DNA from: Eledone cirrhosa
Lineage: Eukaryota
Reading direction: 5' to 3'
Assembly (NCBI GenBank): GCA_964016885.1
Contig: CAXHJY010000461.1
Span: 1-64,000 of the forward strand
Length of the DNA: 64,000 nucleotides
This document shows, one piece after another, positions 30,832 through 42,958 of this stretch (position 1 is its first letter; each line of letters begins with the position of its first letter). The translations under genes and the position numbers were made by a program. The notes under the pieces are model-generated. The model saw nothing but the letters and a program-made list of their open reading frames with translations. It made no database searches and was not told the origin of the DNA.

Positions 30832-33450
30832 CTCTTCTTCGCCGTCTTATTCCTGGGAGGGTCGTGGGGGAAGAGTCCCCTAACACTCCCTCTAGCAGGC
30901 CCTGTCAGAAGCAACTATCTCCAACTGATCCAGTTGGATCCCCAAGCGTGACCAGCCAAGCTCAAGGATGTTATCCAACCATCTTGCTCGGTGCTACCCA
31001 TGGGTCTCCTACCTGTTGGTTTCACCTGTAAAATCTGTCCAGCAATACTTTCCTGGGACATTCTAACCACATGTCCATAGTATCGGAGCTGTGATCTATC
31101 AATTTGGAGAAGTAGCAGCTCTTCCTGGAGTGACTCTCTAATCTCCGAGCTACGCACTTTATCGAGTAATGTTACTCCAAAGACTCTTTGAAGGAATCCC
31201 ATTTAGGTCGCGTGTATTTACGATCATATCCTTTCAGTTATAACCCCTCCCTTCTTGTGATTATTGAATGCTGAAGCTGATGCATTACTGCACTAGCTCT
31301 GACAATTCTTGCAATTAATTCACCCTCCTGCCTTCCAGCACTCATGAACACGACCCCGAGATACGTGAACCTCTCTACCTGCTTCAGTGGAACTCTATTC
31401 ACATGTAGAGTGCACTGCACAGGCTTCCATGAGAGGATGAGAGTCTCAGTTTTCACACCACTGATTTTCATTCCAGCCATGCAGCACTCGGCATCAAACA
31501 TATCAAGTGCAAGTTGGAAATCTTCTGTTGAGTTAAGTAACACCATGCCATCTGCAAATTCCAGCTGATTTTACACCCGCCTGTCATGAAACCACTTTGA
31601 ACCTGGCTGCACATGTCAATCCTGTTCATGTAAATAATGAACTGTACAACCTTCCACAGCAGGTCCTAAAGAATATGGTCATATGCCTACTCAAGGTCGA
31701 CAAAACAAAAATATACTTCTTGGTAATACTCCCACGACTTCTTGAATACCAACCGCTATGTAAATATTTATTTGTCTGTGCTGCATCCAGGGCGAAAACC
31801 ACACTGTTCATCAGCTAGCTTGGACTCGACAATCTCCCTGCATCTCTTTGCCAGACACTTAGCATAAACTTTACTGGGGAGGCTTAACAAGGAGATCCCT
31901 CTGTAATTGGAACAATCTCTCTTGTCTCCTTTTTTGAAAATTGGGATTCTCACTCCCGATTGCCATTGCTTAGGTGCCCTTTCAAAGATCCAGACCACTT
32001 AGCACTCACGAGTCAGCCAGAGAAGATCTCTCTATTTAAGGCTTTCAACATCTCGGCTTTGCCACATTTGAGCTCTCTAACTGCTCTTGTGACCTCAGCC
32101 TCTGAGAGATTAGCCACCACTCCCAGATGCACCTCATGTACATCAGATGTTGTGATCAGGTTTACAAGATCAGCAATGTATTCTCTCTACCTTGCAAGGA
32201 TGCACCTCTCTGAAGAGTGGAGAACCCCAGACACTTTCTTGAAGCAGGTGTGGAGGAGGACTTCTTATTATGAAGTTACTGGATGGTCTGCCAGAACACT
32301 TTATTTAATGATCTGAAGTCGGATTCCAACTTAATGCCAAAGTCTCCCAACTTTGGATGCTTTTTCTGTCTCTGCTACAATTTTTCGTGCCTGCTTGTAC
32401 CTTAAGTGCAAGAAGGAGGACATATTTCCAAGCGAAGCTTTGTAAGCCTCCTTCTTTGCTCGTATGACATTTTTGACCTCTTGATTGAACCAAAGAGTCT
32501 TCCTACCATTCGGCGCCACACCAAGCCTCTTTTGCCTGCAGCATTTAACAGCTGAAGCAGAAACTGCTGTGCTGAGCAATCTCCTCTCCGTCTCAATGTC
32601 CTCAGTTTGCTCAGGGAGTTCTCTGAATTTAGATGCAATAGTATCTGCATACCTGGTCCTGACTTCCTTAGCCACCAATGAATGCTTCCCACTTTATCCT
32701 GGTCGCTCTGGACCTGCCAGTTTTGTGGGCTTCTTTGACTTTTGGTAGTCTCAAGTTGCAGATAACTAGAAAGTGATCAGTTGACAGTTCAGCCCCTGTC
32801 TTAACACGTACAGCCAGCACAGAGTCAAAGAGATCAGAGACAATAACAAAATCAATTATTGATCTCTGTCCCTGGTTCCCTTTATACCATGTGTACTTAT
32901 GAATGTCTCTGTGCTGGAAGAAGGTGTTCATAATAGAGAGTCCATTGTTAGAACAGAAGTCCAGGAAGACCTCTCCATTTGTATTTAGATAGGGGTTGCC
33001 ATTCCTTCCAATCACTCCTTTCCATGTCAGGTTGTCAGTGCCAACATATGCATTGAAGTCTCCCATCAGGATATATAACCCAGTCTTAACTACATCTAAC
33101 AGTGCAGTGACTTCATCAAGGAAGGTCCTGTATTCAGACTCCTTGTTTCGTGCATAAACTTGCACCATCCACAGAGGCCTATCCTTCAGCCTAAGCTTCA
33201 AGAGACAAATCCTCCTTCCTGATGGGATCCAGTCCATAACACATTCTGACAGCCAAGGGCTTATAAGTATCCCCCCTCTGGCCTGTGCAGTCATTTCTGG
33301 TGCCACCCCTGAATAGTGGAGTTTCCATCCTCCATCCAAATCTACAGTGTCAGAACCATGGAACTTTGTTGAGGAAACCCTGACTATATTTAGCTGGTAA
33401 CATCTAACCTCCTCCACTAGTTCCTGCTCCTTACCTGTTCTCGGGAGAGC
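30832..33450 (-). pseudogene. Degraded RTE-clade LINE (APE plus RT)
   Basis: ORFs 32668..33498 (MGDFNA, SIIDFV, STDHFLV), 31768..31998 (NYRGISLLS, QCGFRPGC) and 30915..31202 (QLRYYGHV); (GAA)n tail. Confidence 0.9.
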
Positions 33451-33589
33451 TGTTCTGCTAGAGAATGGGTCGCAGGTGGCGGATAGCGATACGGCCACCA
33501 GATATGATGGCTAGTTGTGCCATAAGTGGCCAACTGCCGGATAAATAAAGAACTCCAGACCAATAGTGGTAAACTACTAGGGGAGACAG

Positions 33590-33795
33590 ATTTTATGGGC
33601 AAAACCAATAGACAGGAGACCCAGCGGTAGACCCCTGAGCAAATGGTTGGATAACATCCATGAGATTGTCTGATCCCACTTGGGGATCCAGCCAGATAGT
33701 TGGAGACAGTTGCTTCTGACAGGACAAGCTAGAAGGAGTGTTTCAGAACTCTACCCCCATGACCCTCTCAGGAATAAGTGGCCGAAGAAGAAGAT
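33590..33795 (+). mobile_element. RTE 3' end fragment, same family as the 30832 element, opposite orientation
   Basis: Homologous to the reverse complement of 30832-31035; GAAGAAGA tail. Confidence 0.75.
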
Positions 33796-34281
33796 ATATA
33801 TCATCATCATCATTGTTTTAACATCCTCTTTCCCTGCTAGCAAGGGTTGAATGGGTCTACATAAACCAAGTCAGTTCTGAAGTAGGACTACTGATCTCCC
33901 AGACAAGCCAGTGATCTGCTGCCTCTCTTACGTACGGACTCCTGTCCTACCGAGTGCACAGGAGAGGTTGTCATATTTTTGACACACCTGAAAGATCCTT
34001 GTTTGGCAGCCTTTCTCTGGCTGGTTGCCCTTCCTATCACCAACCAATTTGTATTGGGTGCATTTATTGTGTAGATCACCTAACACTAGGGAGGTTGTCA
34101 TGTCCTTGACACGGCTGAAAGGTACATATAACCCTCTGTTTGGCAAGCCCTCCACAGCTGGATGCCTTTCCCATCACCAGCCACTTCCAAGGAGGCAGTG
34201 GCTAGGAACGAGTGTCGGGATGGGTCATGGGGTGTATGTGGTGTTGAGAATAACTGTTAGTGAGTGGTTGTGGAAAGGGGA

Positions 34282-34389
34282 GAAGTGTCAACTGTATTAC
34301 ATATTTGAGATATCTCCATACAATCGATAAGATTGGAGCCTTAACCATTGTATGGAGTTGTCTCATGTATGTAATACAATTGACACTTC
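34282..34389. repeat. Fold-back palindrome, about 108 bp
   Basis: GAAGTGTCAACTGTATTACATA...CTCCATACAAT / ATTGTATGGAG...TATGTAATACAATTGACACTTC. Confidence 0.85.
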
Positions 34390-34402
34390 AAACAATATCT
34401 GG

Positions 34403-34485
34403 AATCCTGAGGATATGTAGAGTGAAGAACAAATAGCTTGTATACTCTATAGACCCACTGCTCTATACCGAAACATATGTAGAAT
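34403..34485 (+). ncRNA. Probable type-I hammerhead ribozyme (long stem II, weak stem I)
   Basis: aatc-CTGAGGA-TATGTAGAG...CTCTATACC-GAAA-CATATG-TA-gaat, followed by AATAAA. Confidence 0.6.
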
Positions 34486-34496
34486 AAAGATATATT

Positions 34497-34710
34497 TTAA
34501 CCATTATTCTATATATACTATTATATTTTCACAGTAAAGGCTTTACCTCACATAATTATTTCACATAATATTGAATCTATGAGATTTTGATATTATTTAT
34601 TTTGAGAACAATACCTTAACATCAGTATGAGTGACCAGTTATGGCTGGTTTGAACAGAGAGGTGAAAAAATTCTAGCCAGGTATGGCCAGTTTAAATGTT
34701 TATGGGTTAA
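34497..34710. mobile_element. piggyBac-like MITE (copy 2)
   Basis: TTAA-CC...GGG-TTAA; internal similarity to 19742-19949. Confidence 0.6.
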
Positions 34711-34881
34711 GTAAAACTTGGTGGTCTTTTTTCTATTCACTTTGCAATGTGGAACACTTGTAGCGAAATCTGTCCACGCCTTGAACCTTGGGTGACACCT
34801 AAAGGTCAAACTCTAGGTCAACACCCTTTCGGTGCGGACAGGTTCATGCGTGGGCGATCCCTCAAGGTGGGAGACAGAAAG

Positions 34882-34990
34882 CAACACGCAACCTTTTTTC
34901 AACATGGCCAACAGGAAACAACACGCAACCTTTTTTCAACATGGCCAACAGGAAACAACACACAACCTTTTTTCAACATGGCCAACATCA
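34882..34990. repeat. 37-bp tandem repeat, about 3 copies
   Basis: CAACACGCAACCTTTTTTCAACATGGCCAACAGGAAA. Confidence 0.9.
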
Positions 34991-35237
34991 ACAACTTTCT
35001 CAGCAATCTATAATTACCAAGCTTCTCATCTATATGGTACAATATGATAAAACTTCACTTTTTCAAATTATTCACCAAACTTCCATTCTACGGGATATTT
35101 ACAGTGACTTCGCTTTTATGTTTCGATTCATAATCTCCAACAACAACAACAGACAATACTACTAGCTTCCTAGCAAGAAAACGATCACATAAAGAAGAGA
35201 AAACTGAACTATTTTGTAAAGAACAATTATATAAATA

Positions 35238-35577
35238 TCATTTCATCATTTCATTTCATTTTACGTCCGCTATTCCCTGCTTGCAAGGGTGGGACGGGAA
35301 CTGATTCTGGCTTGATTTCTACAGCAGGATGCCTTTCCTAACACCAACATCATTTACAGTGAGTGCTGGGTGCTTTTTTGCCATGGCACCTCCACGACCA
35401 CTTTGCAGTGGAATGATAGGGACCCCAGTCCCTATCATCTCATTTCTACAGCTGAGTAAACTGGAGCAATGTGAAATAAAGTGTCTTGCTCAAGGAAACA
35501 ACACATCACCCGGTCTGAGAATTGAACTCACAACCTTTCGATTGCAAGGCCAATGCTCTAACCACTAAGCTATGCCT
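35238..35577 (-). mobile_element. SINE family A
   Basis: Near-identical to the 17893 and 29778 copies. Confidence 0.88.
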
Positions 35578-36115
35578 ATATATATATATATTTTTTTTTT
35601 TACAGGTTATATATGAACATTCATTTTTATTTTTTTATTTGTTTTACTGTATTATATGCCTGTATGAACATACACGTTTTGCATCAAACACACATCATTT
35701 TCTTTGTCACACACCAATGTTTTTGTCTATGGTATATTCTGGATTCGGTGGGTCCCTGCGAGATCACTTTTCAACCGGTCGAGGTTTGGCAACAACTATT
35801 AAACACATGATAAATGTTCTTTTTATGATAGAAGGTTTCTATAAAAACATAAGCATTTTAAAATAAACAATTTTATATCACAGAACCAGAGCCACTTTCA
35901 GCCAGTTTATCTTTAGGGACAGCATTTGGCAAATATCACCGATAGATCTCAAATGAAGAAAATTAAAATTACTTGTCCAATTCACTGGATTCATTGCGTG
36001 CATACATTGGAATTCCCCCCATCAATTCGTGTGTGTATATATATATATATATAATTGGTGTTGGATGCTTAAAGCATCCGTATGAGCACTCAATGCCCTC
36101 ATAGAGCAGTGTATG

Positions 36116-36339
36116 ATATCACAGGAAAAAGAGAATCAGTGTTGCGACGAAAGGAATTTATTGGACATATTACAATTGTTTCTCGGGCGACCAGCTCGAG
36201 GCACGATCGATGTGGTGATCAAACCTGACTCTGAAATCACCACATCGATCGTGCCTTGAGTTGGTCGCCCGAGAAACAATTGTAATATGTCCAATAAATT
36301 CCTTTCGTCGCAACAATGATTCTCTTTTTTCTGTGATAT
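36116..36339. repeat. Fold-back element, ~104-bp arms, each with a hammerhead 3' half
   Basis: ATATCACAGGAAAAAGAG...GTGGTGAT / ATCACCAC...CTGTGATAT; GAAA-CAATTG-TA at 36273-36284 followed by AATAAA. Confidence 0.9.
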
Positions 36340-36350
36340 ATATATATATA

Positions 36351-36431
36351 TACAGGGTGTCCCAAAAATGTATACATACTTCAACAGCGATATAATCAAA
36401 GTGAGTATACATTTTTTAGGGACACCCTGTA
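36351..36431. mobile_element. Tiny Tc1/mariner-type MITE
   Basis: TA-CAGGGTGTCCCAAAAATGTATAC ... GTATACATTTTTTAGGGACACCCTG-TA; window positions 1-30 resemble the same TIR. Confidence 0.8.
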
Positions 36432-36445
36432 TGTGTATATATATA

Positions 36446-36873
36446 TGTAGCGAAATCTGTCCACGCCTTGAACCTAAAAGTCAAATTCTAGGTCACCATC
36501 CTTTCCGGCGTGGAAGGGTTCATGTGTGGGCGATCCCTCAAGGCGGGAGACAGAAAGCGACAGGTATATAAAGCCTGTATCATCCCACGTCTGACACAGA
36601 GAGATCAGAGCATTACGCTATAGACAAGATATGCAAAGATTCACCGCCACCTTCAGGCCGCAGAGGTCTACAGGCAACCACAGACCATTACTCTCTCTCT
36701 CTCTCTCCTGGTCTCAGACTACACCAGCCTCATGAATACAACAACAAAATAACATCGCCAACCTTCGCGACTCGTGGTAACTTATTTATTGTTCTTTTTG
36801 ACTGAAGTGAAGTAAACCGTTTTATATATAAAGTAAATCAGTTATTCTTGTTATTAAATCTAACAACCACTTC
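36446..36873 (+). mobile_element. Probable solo LTR
   Basis: TG start, internal TATATAAAG, AGTAAA/ATTAAA signals; 5' portion repeated at 34759-34883; 3' end uncertain. Confidence 0.5.
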
Positions 36874-37974
36874 AAACGATAACCATTGTCATTGACACGT
36901 GTAAGCCCGCGCATGAGCAGTGCCTGGGGAATGAATTTGATAAATCGACGGGATATATATTTTTTTCTTCAAACGATAACCATTGTCACTGACACCTTAT
37001 GAAGCACGTGTTCGAACCCACGCGAGGATCCACGGCCACTCGTTATTCTGATTAGTATCAATCTGGAATACCGGGAGGTAATTCTTGTCAAGCACTCTCT
37101 ACAATAGCTTTGTTCTATTGAGTTGTCTCCCTTAGTTTCATAGAAATTCCTTTTCTTTTTTCGAAGCTCATGACCACCTGAACTTCTTATTTAGATAAAT
37201 AAATAAGGAATTTATGCGTCTTCGAAAGGAACAAATAATTAAAATATAAAGGATTTAAGAACTAAAAATCCTTCAATGATTATAGCAAGAAGAAAAAATA
37301 AGCTTTATCACCTGAAAACAACGGTAAAATTTATTTTTAAACAAATCTTAAAAGAAATATATAATCATACGTAATATATTATGCATAATTTACATTCAAA
37401 ATGGGTTTCGCGGAACCCTAGTTTTCTGAAGAAAAAAAAAATTCTGGGATAAGCTGTCTTTTGATAAAAGATTATTTTACGTTAACTTTTATATGAAGAA
37501 ATTGGTCAGAAGTGAAAGTAGAAAAATGTGACGTCGATCTGACATTCGTCAACCTTCGTTTATTTCCGTTGGTGCAAATGTAAAATATATTTTCAAGTTT
37601 TTCAAGTTAAATAAATATATCCGTAATATATTTTCAAGTTAAATAAATATATTTGATTGCGTTGTAGTGCCAATTTATCATATTGATACAGAGAGAATTT
37701 ATCAAATTAGAAAACAAATGAGGTTAAGTTTATAAATAAATATATGTTCATGTTCCAATAATATGTTCAATAATGTTTCAAAAGCATGGATACAGTAAAG
37801 TGAGTACATGTGAAAACAAATCGATTACGCTAAACATACAGAGAATAAAAAAAAAATGGTAAGAGATATAGAACAAAACACCTAAATACAGACTCACACA
37901 TTCCCCACCACCACCTCGTATAAATAAATAATTCAAGGTTTTTCACTTTGAAATCACCACGTTGATGCAAACCT

Positions 37975-38330
37975 AGGTTTTTCACAGATATAATACACTG
38001 ATTTGCAACTTTCCATCGCTACCGCTACTACAGCAGATAGCATTAATTGGCTAAAACAACATGGACTTCTGAAAAGGTCTGCCCTTCATGTGGTGAACGC
38101 ATAATGGAAGTAGTGAAAAGAAATGTGTCAGATGGAATTATCTGGCCATGTAGAAAAATAGTGTCTATTAGAAAAGGAACATTTCTAGAAAATAGTAAAT
38201 TGAAGTGTCAACAAATAATTCACATATTGTATTATTGGGCAAAAGAAGATTTAGCCAAGGGGATTTCACAGGAATCTCGTATCGCGAATGTAGCCGTAAC
38301 AGATTGGCGAAATTTTTGCCGTGAAAAAAA
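37975..38330 (+). pseudogene. Merlin/IS1595(ISXO2)-like transposase N-terminal remnant
   Basis: CPSC...DGIIWPC..VSIRKGTFLENSKL...HILYYW...VTDWRNFCRE. Confidence 0.65.
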
Positions 38331-38639
38331 TCATATAAGGGTTTTGAGATCAAAAAAGAAAAGTTTGAAAACTATTGATAGAAAAAAATGTTTTGCAATA
38401 TTTGTTACGGCCCTTTGTCGTTTATTCTGAGATTTAAAAGTTGGTGTGTATAGATATTTTCTTCGTCTCCCAGTAAATATGTAACGCCACTATTCATTCT
38501 TTTAAACCCATTTTGGGGTTCTAAAAAAGACTCAATTTTATTTTTGTGACTTAAGACCCTCCTCCCTTCTAGGGGGCCAGTCAAACCTTTTTCATTTCTG
38601 CCCTTTAGAGCACAAAAAAGAACATTTATTTAAACAAAG

Positions 38640-41600
38640 TCAAACAACAAAAAACATGGCGCCAAAATATCCTCTTTAGCTCTGTCTTTCTTTTTAAAAA
38701 GCACGTGCTGACTCCGTCGTTGCCACCAACACTCAGCAAGCATATAACAAAAGCAGCAATAACATCACTAATATACCATGTCACCATCACAAAAAAAAAA
38801 ACATTCATATAAATAATATCAACACCATAAACAATATCAGTCACAGGAACATAAACAACGATAGCACTGACAAAAACAACAACGATACAACCAGCAGCAA
38901 CAACAAAACGAACTACGACACAACCGGCACCAGCGTCAATAGCAACAACACAACCTGCAGCAGAAACAGTAACAAAACGAACAACGACACAACCAACACC
39001 AGCGATAGCAACAACAACAAAACGAGCAACGACAGAACCTGCACCAGCGACAGCAGCAACAACAAAACGAACAACGACAGAACCTGCACCAGCGATAGCA
39101 GCAACAACAACAACAAAACGAACAACGACAGAACCTGCACCAGCGATAGCAGCAACAACAACAACAAAACGAACAACGACAGAACCTGCACCAGCGATAG
39201 CAGCAACAACAACAACAAAACGAACAACGACAGAACCTGCACCAGCGATAGCAGCAACAACAACATGTTTGCAGCTAAGAAAAGGCTATGTTTTCACATA
39301 AACCTTTTGTTTTGGCCCAGTCATGGAAGATAACCAAACGCGAAAAATACCGGGTTAACCTAATCGTCCCGGCCAAGGCAATGGAGGCAGTTAAGCGGTG
39401 TGGATCCAGATAATGTCCGCAAAGAAAGAGGCAGGCAATTCGGCTCCCTCTCGGCGCTGTTTAAGTTTGAAGCCCTTACTCTGAAACACTCAGTGACTCC
39501 ATGTAGATCGGAACAAGTGGCAATATATCTGTTCCATGGGCAGAAGGACAGTCAGGTCCGCATTCCAGGTATCCCACCAGAACTGGACGTTTGGTGGCTC
39601 CTGGGATGTGTGAGCGAGGAGGGTACAGATATGTCTCCCATTGAATTCACAAAAACATCTAGAGAGGATCGGTCTGAAGTGGATTTGGAGATCCTTCTCC
39701 AAAGAAAACCAGAAGATATAAAAATATCCTGGATCACATCTGCCTACAAGATGGGTCTGTCATACAAGCAGCCATTGAGGGCAAAAGGCCACTTTGTTTC
39801 ATCTGCAATGAAACCAGACACCTGTGAGCCTTTTGCCCCTAAAATAAAAAGTGCAGAGTGCTGCAAACTTCATTGCTGTCAACACTGGGGTGAAGACAAC
39901 CAATACCAGTCAAACCATCACCAGCAGCAGCAATACCAGTTGAACCATCACCAGCACCAGCAGCAATAACAGTCAAACCATCACTATCAGCAGCAATACC
40001 AGTCCAATCATCACCAGCAGCAATACCAGTCCAACCACCACCACCACCAGCAATACCAGTTGGCTGGATATCAGGTGGAATGCGAACGCATGGTGCGGTT
40101 GGCGTTCATAAATGAATTTCCAGACGACATAGTGGTGAAACTGCAGCAAGTCCCGGGTTACAAAGAAATGGAGATGCGTGCACTGGTGAAGCAAGCCCGC
40201 ATCATAGCAGAAGATGCCAAAAAGAGTGTCGCGGCGATAGCAACTACAGAGGTCCAAGACAGCTGGCAGCGAAATGGTGAAAGGGAGGCAACCACGCCAC
40301 GCGGTTGCCCGCGAATGTTTAGAGGTTGCTGTTTTAGGTGCCAGAGCCCGCACATGGCAAGAGACTGTAGAGAGTCAAGGCTGGAAATAATATGCTACTG
40401 GTGTAAGCGACCAGGGGAACTACTGCGCCGGTAGTTGCCCCTTACGAGTAGAGGCGCTGCCCGTGGTGGAAGTCTTCGTGAGGGGAAAGCCACAGCGAGC
40501 CCTCGTGGACACGGGCTGTACGAGGACACTGGTGACCGCGGGGGTGGCGCAGAGGTGGAGAGGGAAGGGCAGTCGACGGCAGGAAAATTGAATGCCAAGG
40601 TCACAGTGAGGTGGAGATGGCCGTACGGGGAAGGAAATTAAGGCTTTCTGCCATCGTAGTCAACAACGTGGTGGATGGGATCGGCGTGGTTATAGGCATG
40701 GATGCAATTGGCTGTCTAGGAGGCGTCACAGTGAACAACGTCGGTGTGTCGTTTGGTGGCGCTGTGAGTACGCGACAAGGGAACCAGAAGGCCCACGAGG
40801 AGAAATACCCCGCTTACACTGTGCAGAACAAAGACTTCAAGGTCGTGTTCGATGGGTTGTTGAGTGGTATTGGAAGGGAGAACCACCAACACCGAAGACC
40901 AAAGTGGCCTGCTATCAACACACATTAAAGGGAGACATTAGGAGCGAGAGGTAGAGAGATGGATTGAGGAGGGCATACTGTTTCCTTGGAATGAGGAGGT
41001 GAAGTGCGGAGTATTGCCGTTAATGGCGGTGGCGCAATACACGAAGAACACGGTGAGGCCGGTACTGGACTTTCGGGAGCTGAACGAGCACGTGTCATGC
41101 CACACGGGTGGCGAGGTCACGGATGTCTGTGGGGAAACCCTGCGTGAGTGGAGATGCATGACGGGGGGATTCCGCAATCATAGATCTAAAGTCAGCATAC
41201 TTGGAATTGCATATAGATGAGAAGCTCTGGCAGTATTAGCTGGTCGGGTATAAGGGCCGGACATAATGCCTGACCAGGCTCGGTTTCGCTGAGTTCCGCA
41301 CCGAGGTTGAGGAATCGGTGCCACACAGAGCAGTATTCAGATACAAGTGCTGGCACCCGTGCACGCCACCACAACGGCCAGTGGGGAGAGAGAATGCGTT
41401 CGTGCAGGTGAGCGAAGAAGTCTGGGTTAAGCCCCCAGATGCACGTTGCACATCTCAATGGGAAAGAGGAACGGTGACTGCCGTAAATTCCCAGAACAAT
41501 GTGTCCGTGGACGGAGTACCACATCATGTCCTGGATGTCCGTAGAATCACTGTGTCAACGGACTGCGAGGAAGAGGAAACCCAAAGTGCTGCCCCAACAC

Positions 41601-42800
41601 TGGAGATCGCAAAGAAGTCGCAAAGCACCAACCTGGACAGCAGACTTTCATATGCAGAAAGACGAGGGGGAAATTGATCCTTGAGATGGGGGGAAGCTGG
41701 GGAGTGCTCGACCGGAAAGGGCAGCAAGTCGGCCTCTCTCTAGCGGTGATCAGGAACGTGGTGGACGCAAGTTTTGCAGCTCCAGGTTTTTAACGAGTTG
41801 GATTGTACGCACGCAGAAGAGGAGAAACCAGCCATGTGATCTAGCGGCGCCTGTGAAAAGTGGTAAGTGAGGTAGCTTTTTCTAACCACAAAACCATCAC
41901 CATCAGCAATACCACAGTCCAACCATCACCAGCAGCAATACCAGTCAAACCACCACCACCAGCAGCAATACCAGTCCAACAATCACCATCAGCAATACCA
42001 CAGTCCAACCATCACCAGCAGCAATACCAGTCCAACCTATCACCAGCAGTAATACCAGTCCAACCTATCACCAACAGCAATACCAGTCCAACCATCATCA
42101 CCAGCAGCAATACCAGTCAAACCATCACCAGCAGCAATACCAGTCAAACCATCACCAGCAGCAATACCACAGTCCAACCATCACCAACAGCAATACCAGT
42201 CCAACCATCACCAGCAGCAGCCATACCAGTCCAACCATCACCATCAGCAATACCACAGTCCAATCACCACCAGCAACAATACCAGTCCAACCATCATTAC
42301 CAGCAGCAATACCAGTCCAACCATCATCACCAGCAGCAATACCAGTCCAACCATCACCAGCAGCAATACCACAGTCCAACCATCACCAGCAGTAATACCA
42401 GACCAGCCATCACCAGCAGCAGCAATACCAGTCCAACCATCACCAGCAGTAATACCAGTCCAATCACCACCAGCAGCAATACCAGTCCAGCCATCACCTG
42501 CAGCAGCAATACCACAGTCCAACCATCATCACCATCAAAACCAACCAGGGGTAAATGAGGAAAGCTATCCCACTGCCACTCCTGAAACAAATACACACAA
42601 ACAAAATCACATTCCCACTCCCTTCTGACACAGACTCCCCAGACACAAGTCCCACTTCATCCGCAAGTGAGGATGGGGAGAGGGGTAACCCCAGAAACAA
42701 AAGTACATCTTCACACACCTCAACCATCAACAAAAACAACTACAAAAAATAAACAAATATACACAACCACAGACAAAAATGGAAACACGCCACTACGTGT
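38640..42800 (+). mobile_element. Tx1-like LINE copy A (ORF1 only, low-complexity expansions, nested Gypsy remnant)
   Basis: RGRQFGSLSALFKFEALTLKH...RIPGIPPELDVWWLLGC is homologous to ORF1 of copies C and D; boundaries approximate. Confidence 0.65.
40061..41890 (+). mobile_element. Internally deleted Ty3/Gypsy remnant with a single 3' LTR
   Basis: Zn knuckle CFRCQSPHMARDC, protease ALVDTGC, RT RPVLDFRELN and DLKSAY, integrase C-terminus VWVKPP; purine tract GACGAGGGGGAA at ~41661; LTR ~41674-41890 ending CA. Confidence 0.8.
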
Positions 42801-42839
42801 TGTTAAGAAAGCAACATAGTTACGTCCCTTTACAATCTG

Positions 42840-42958
42840 TGTTCAAATCCCGCCGAAGTTAACTTTGCCTTTCATCCTTACAGTGTCGATAAAATAAAGT
42901 ACCAGTAATGTACTGGGTAATTGCTGGCCTTGTGCCTAAAGTAGAGACAATTATTATT
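42840..42958 (+). mobile_element. SINE family B 3' part
   Basis: GTTCAAATCCCGCC...TTTCATCCTT...GGCCTTGTGCCTAAAGTAGAGACAATTATTATT. Confidence 0.85.

Noticed and set aside
38880-39265. Regular ~50-bp repeats resembling a CRISPR array
   Set aside because: Tandem units without unique spacers, inside a Tx1 ORF1 low-complexity region; eukaryotic context and no cas genes
41860-42558. 232-aa P/Q/S/T-rich ORF
   Set aside because: Low-complexity CAG/CAA tandem expansion within Tx1 copy A
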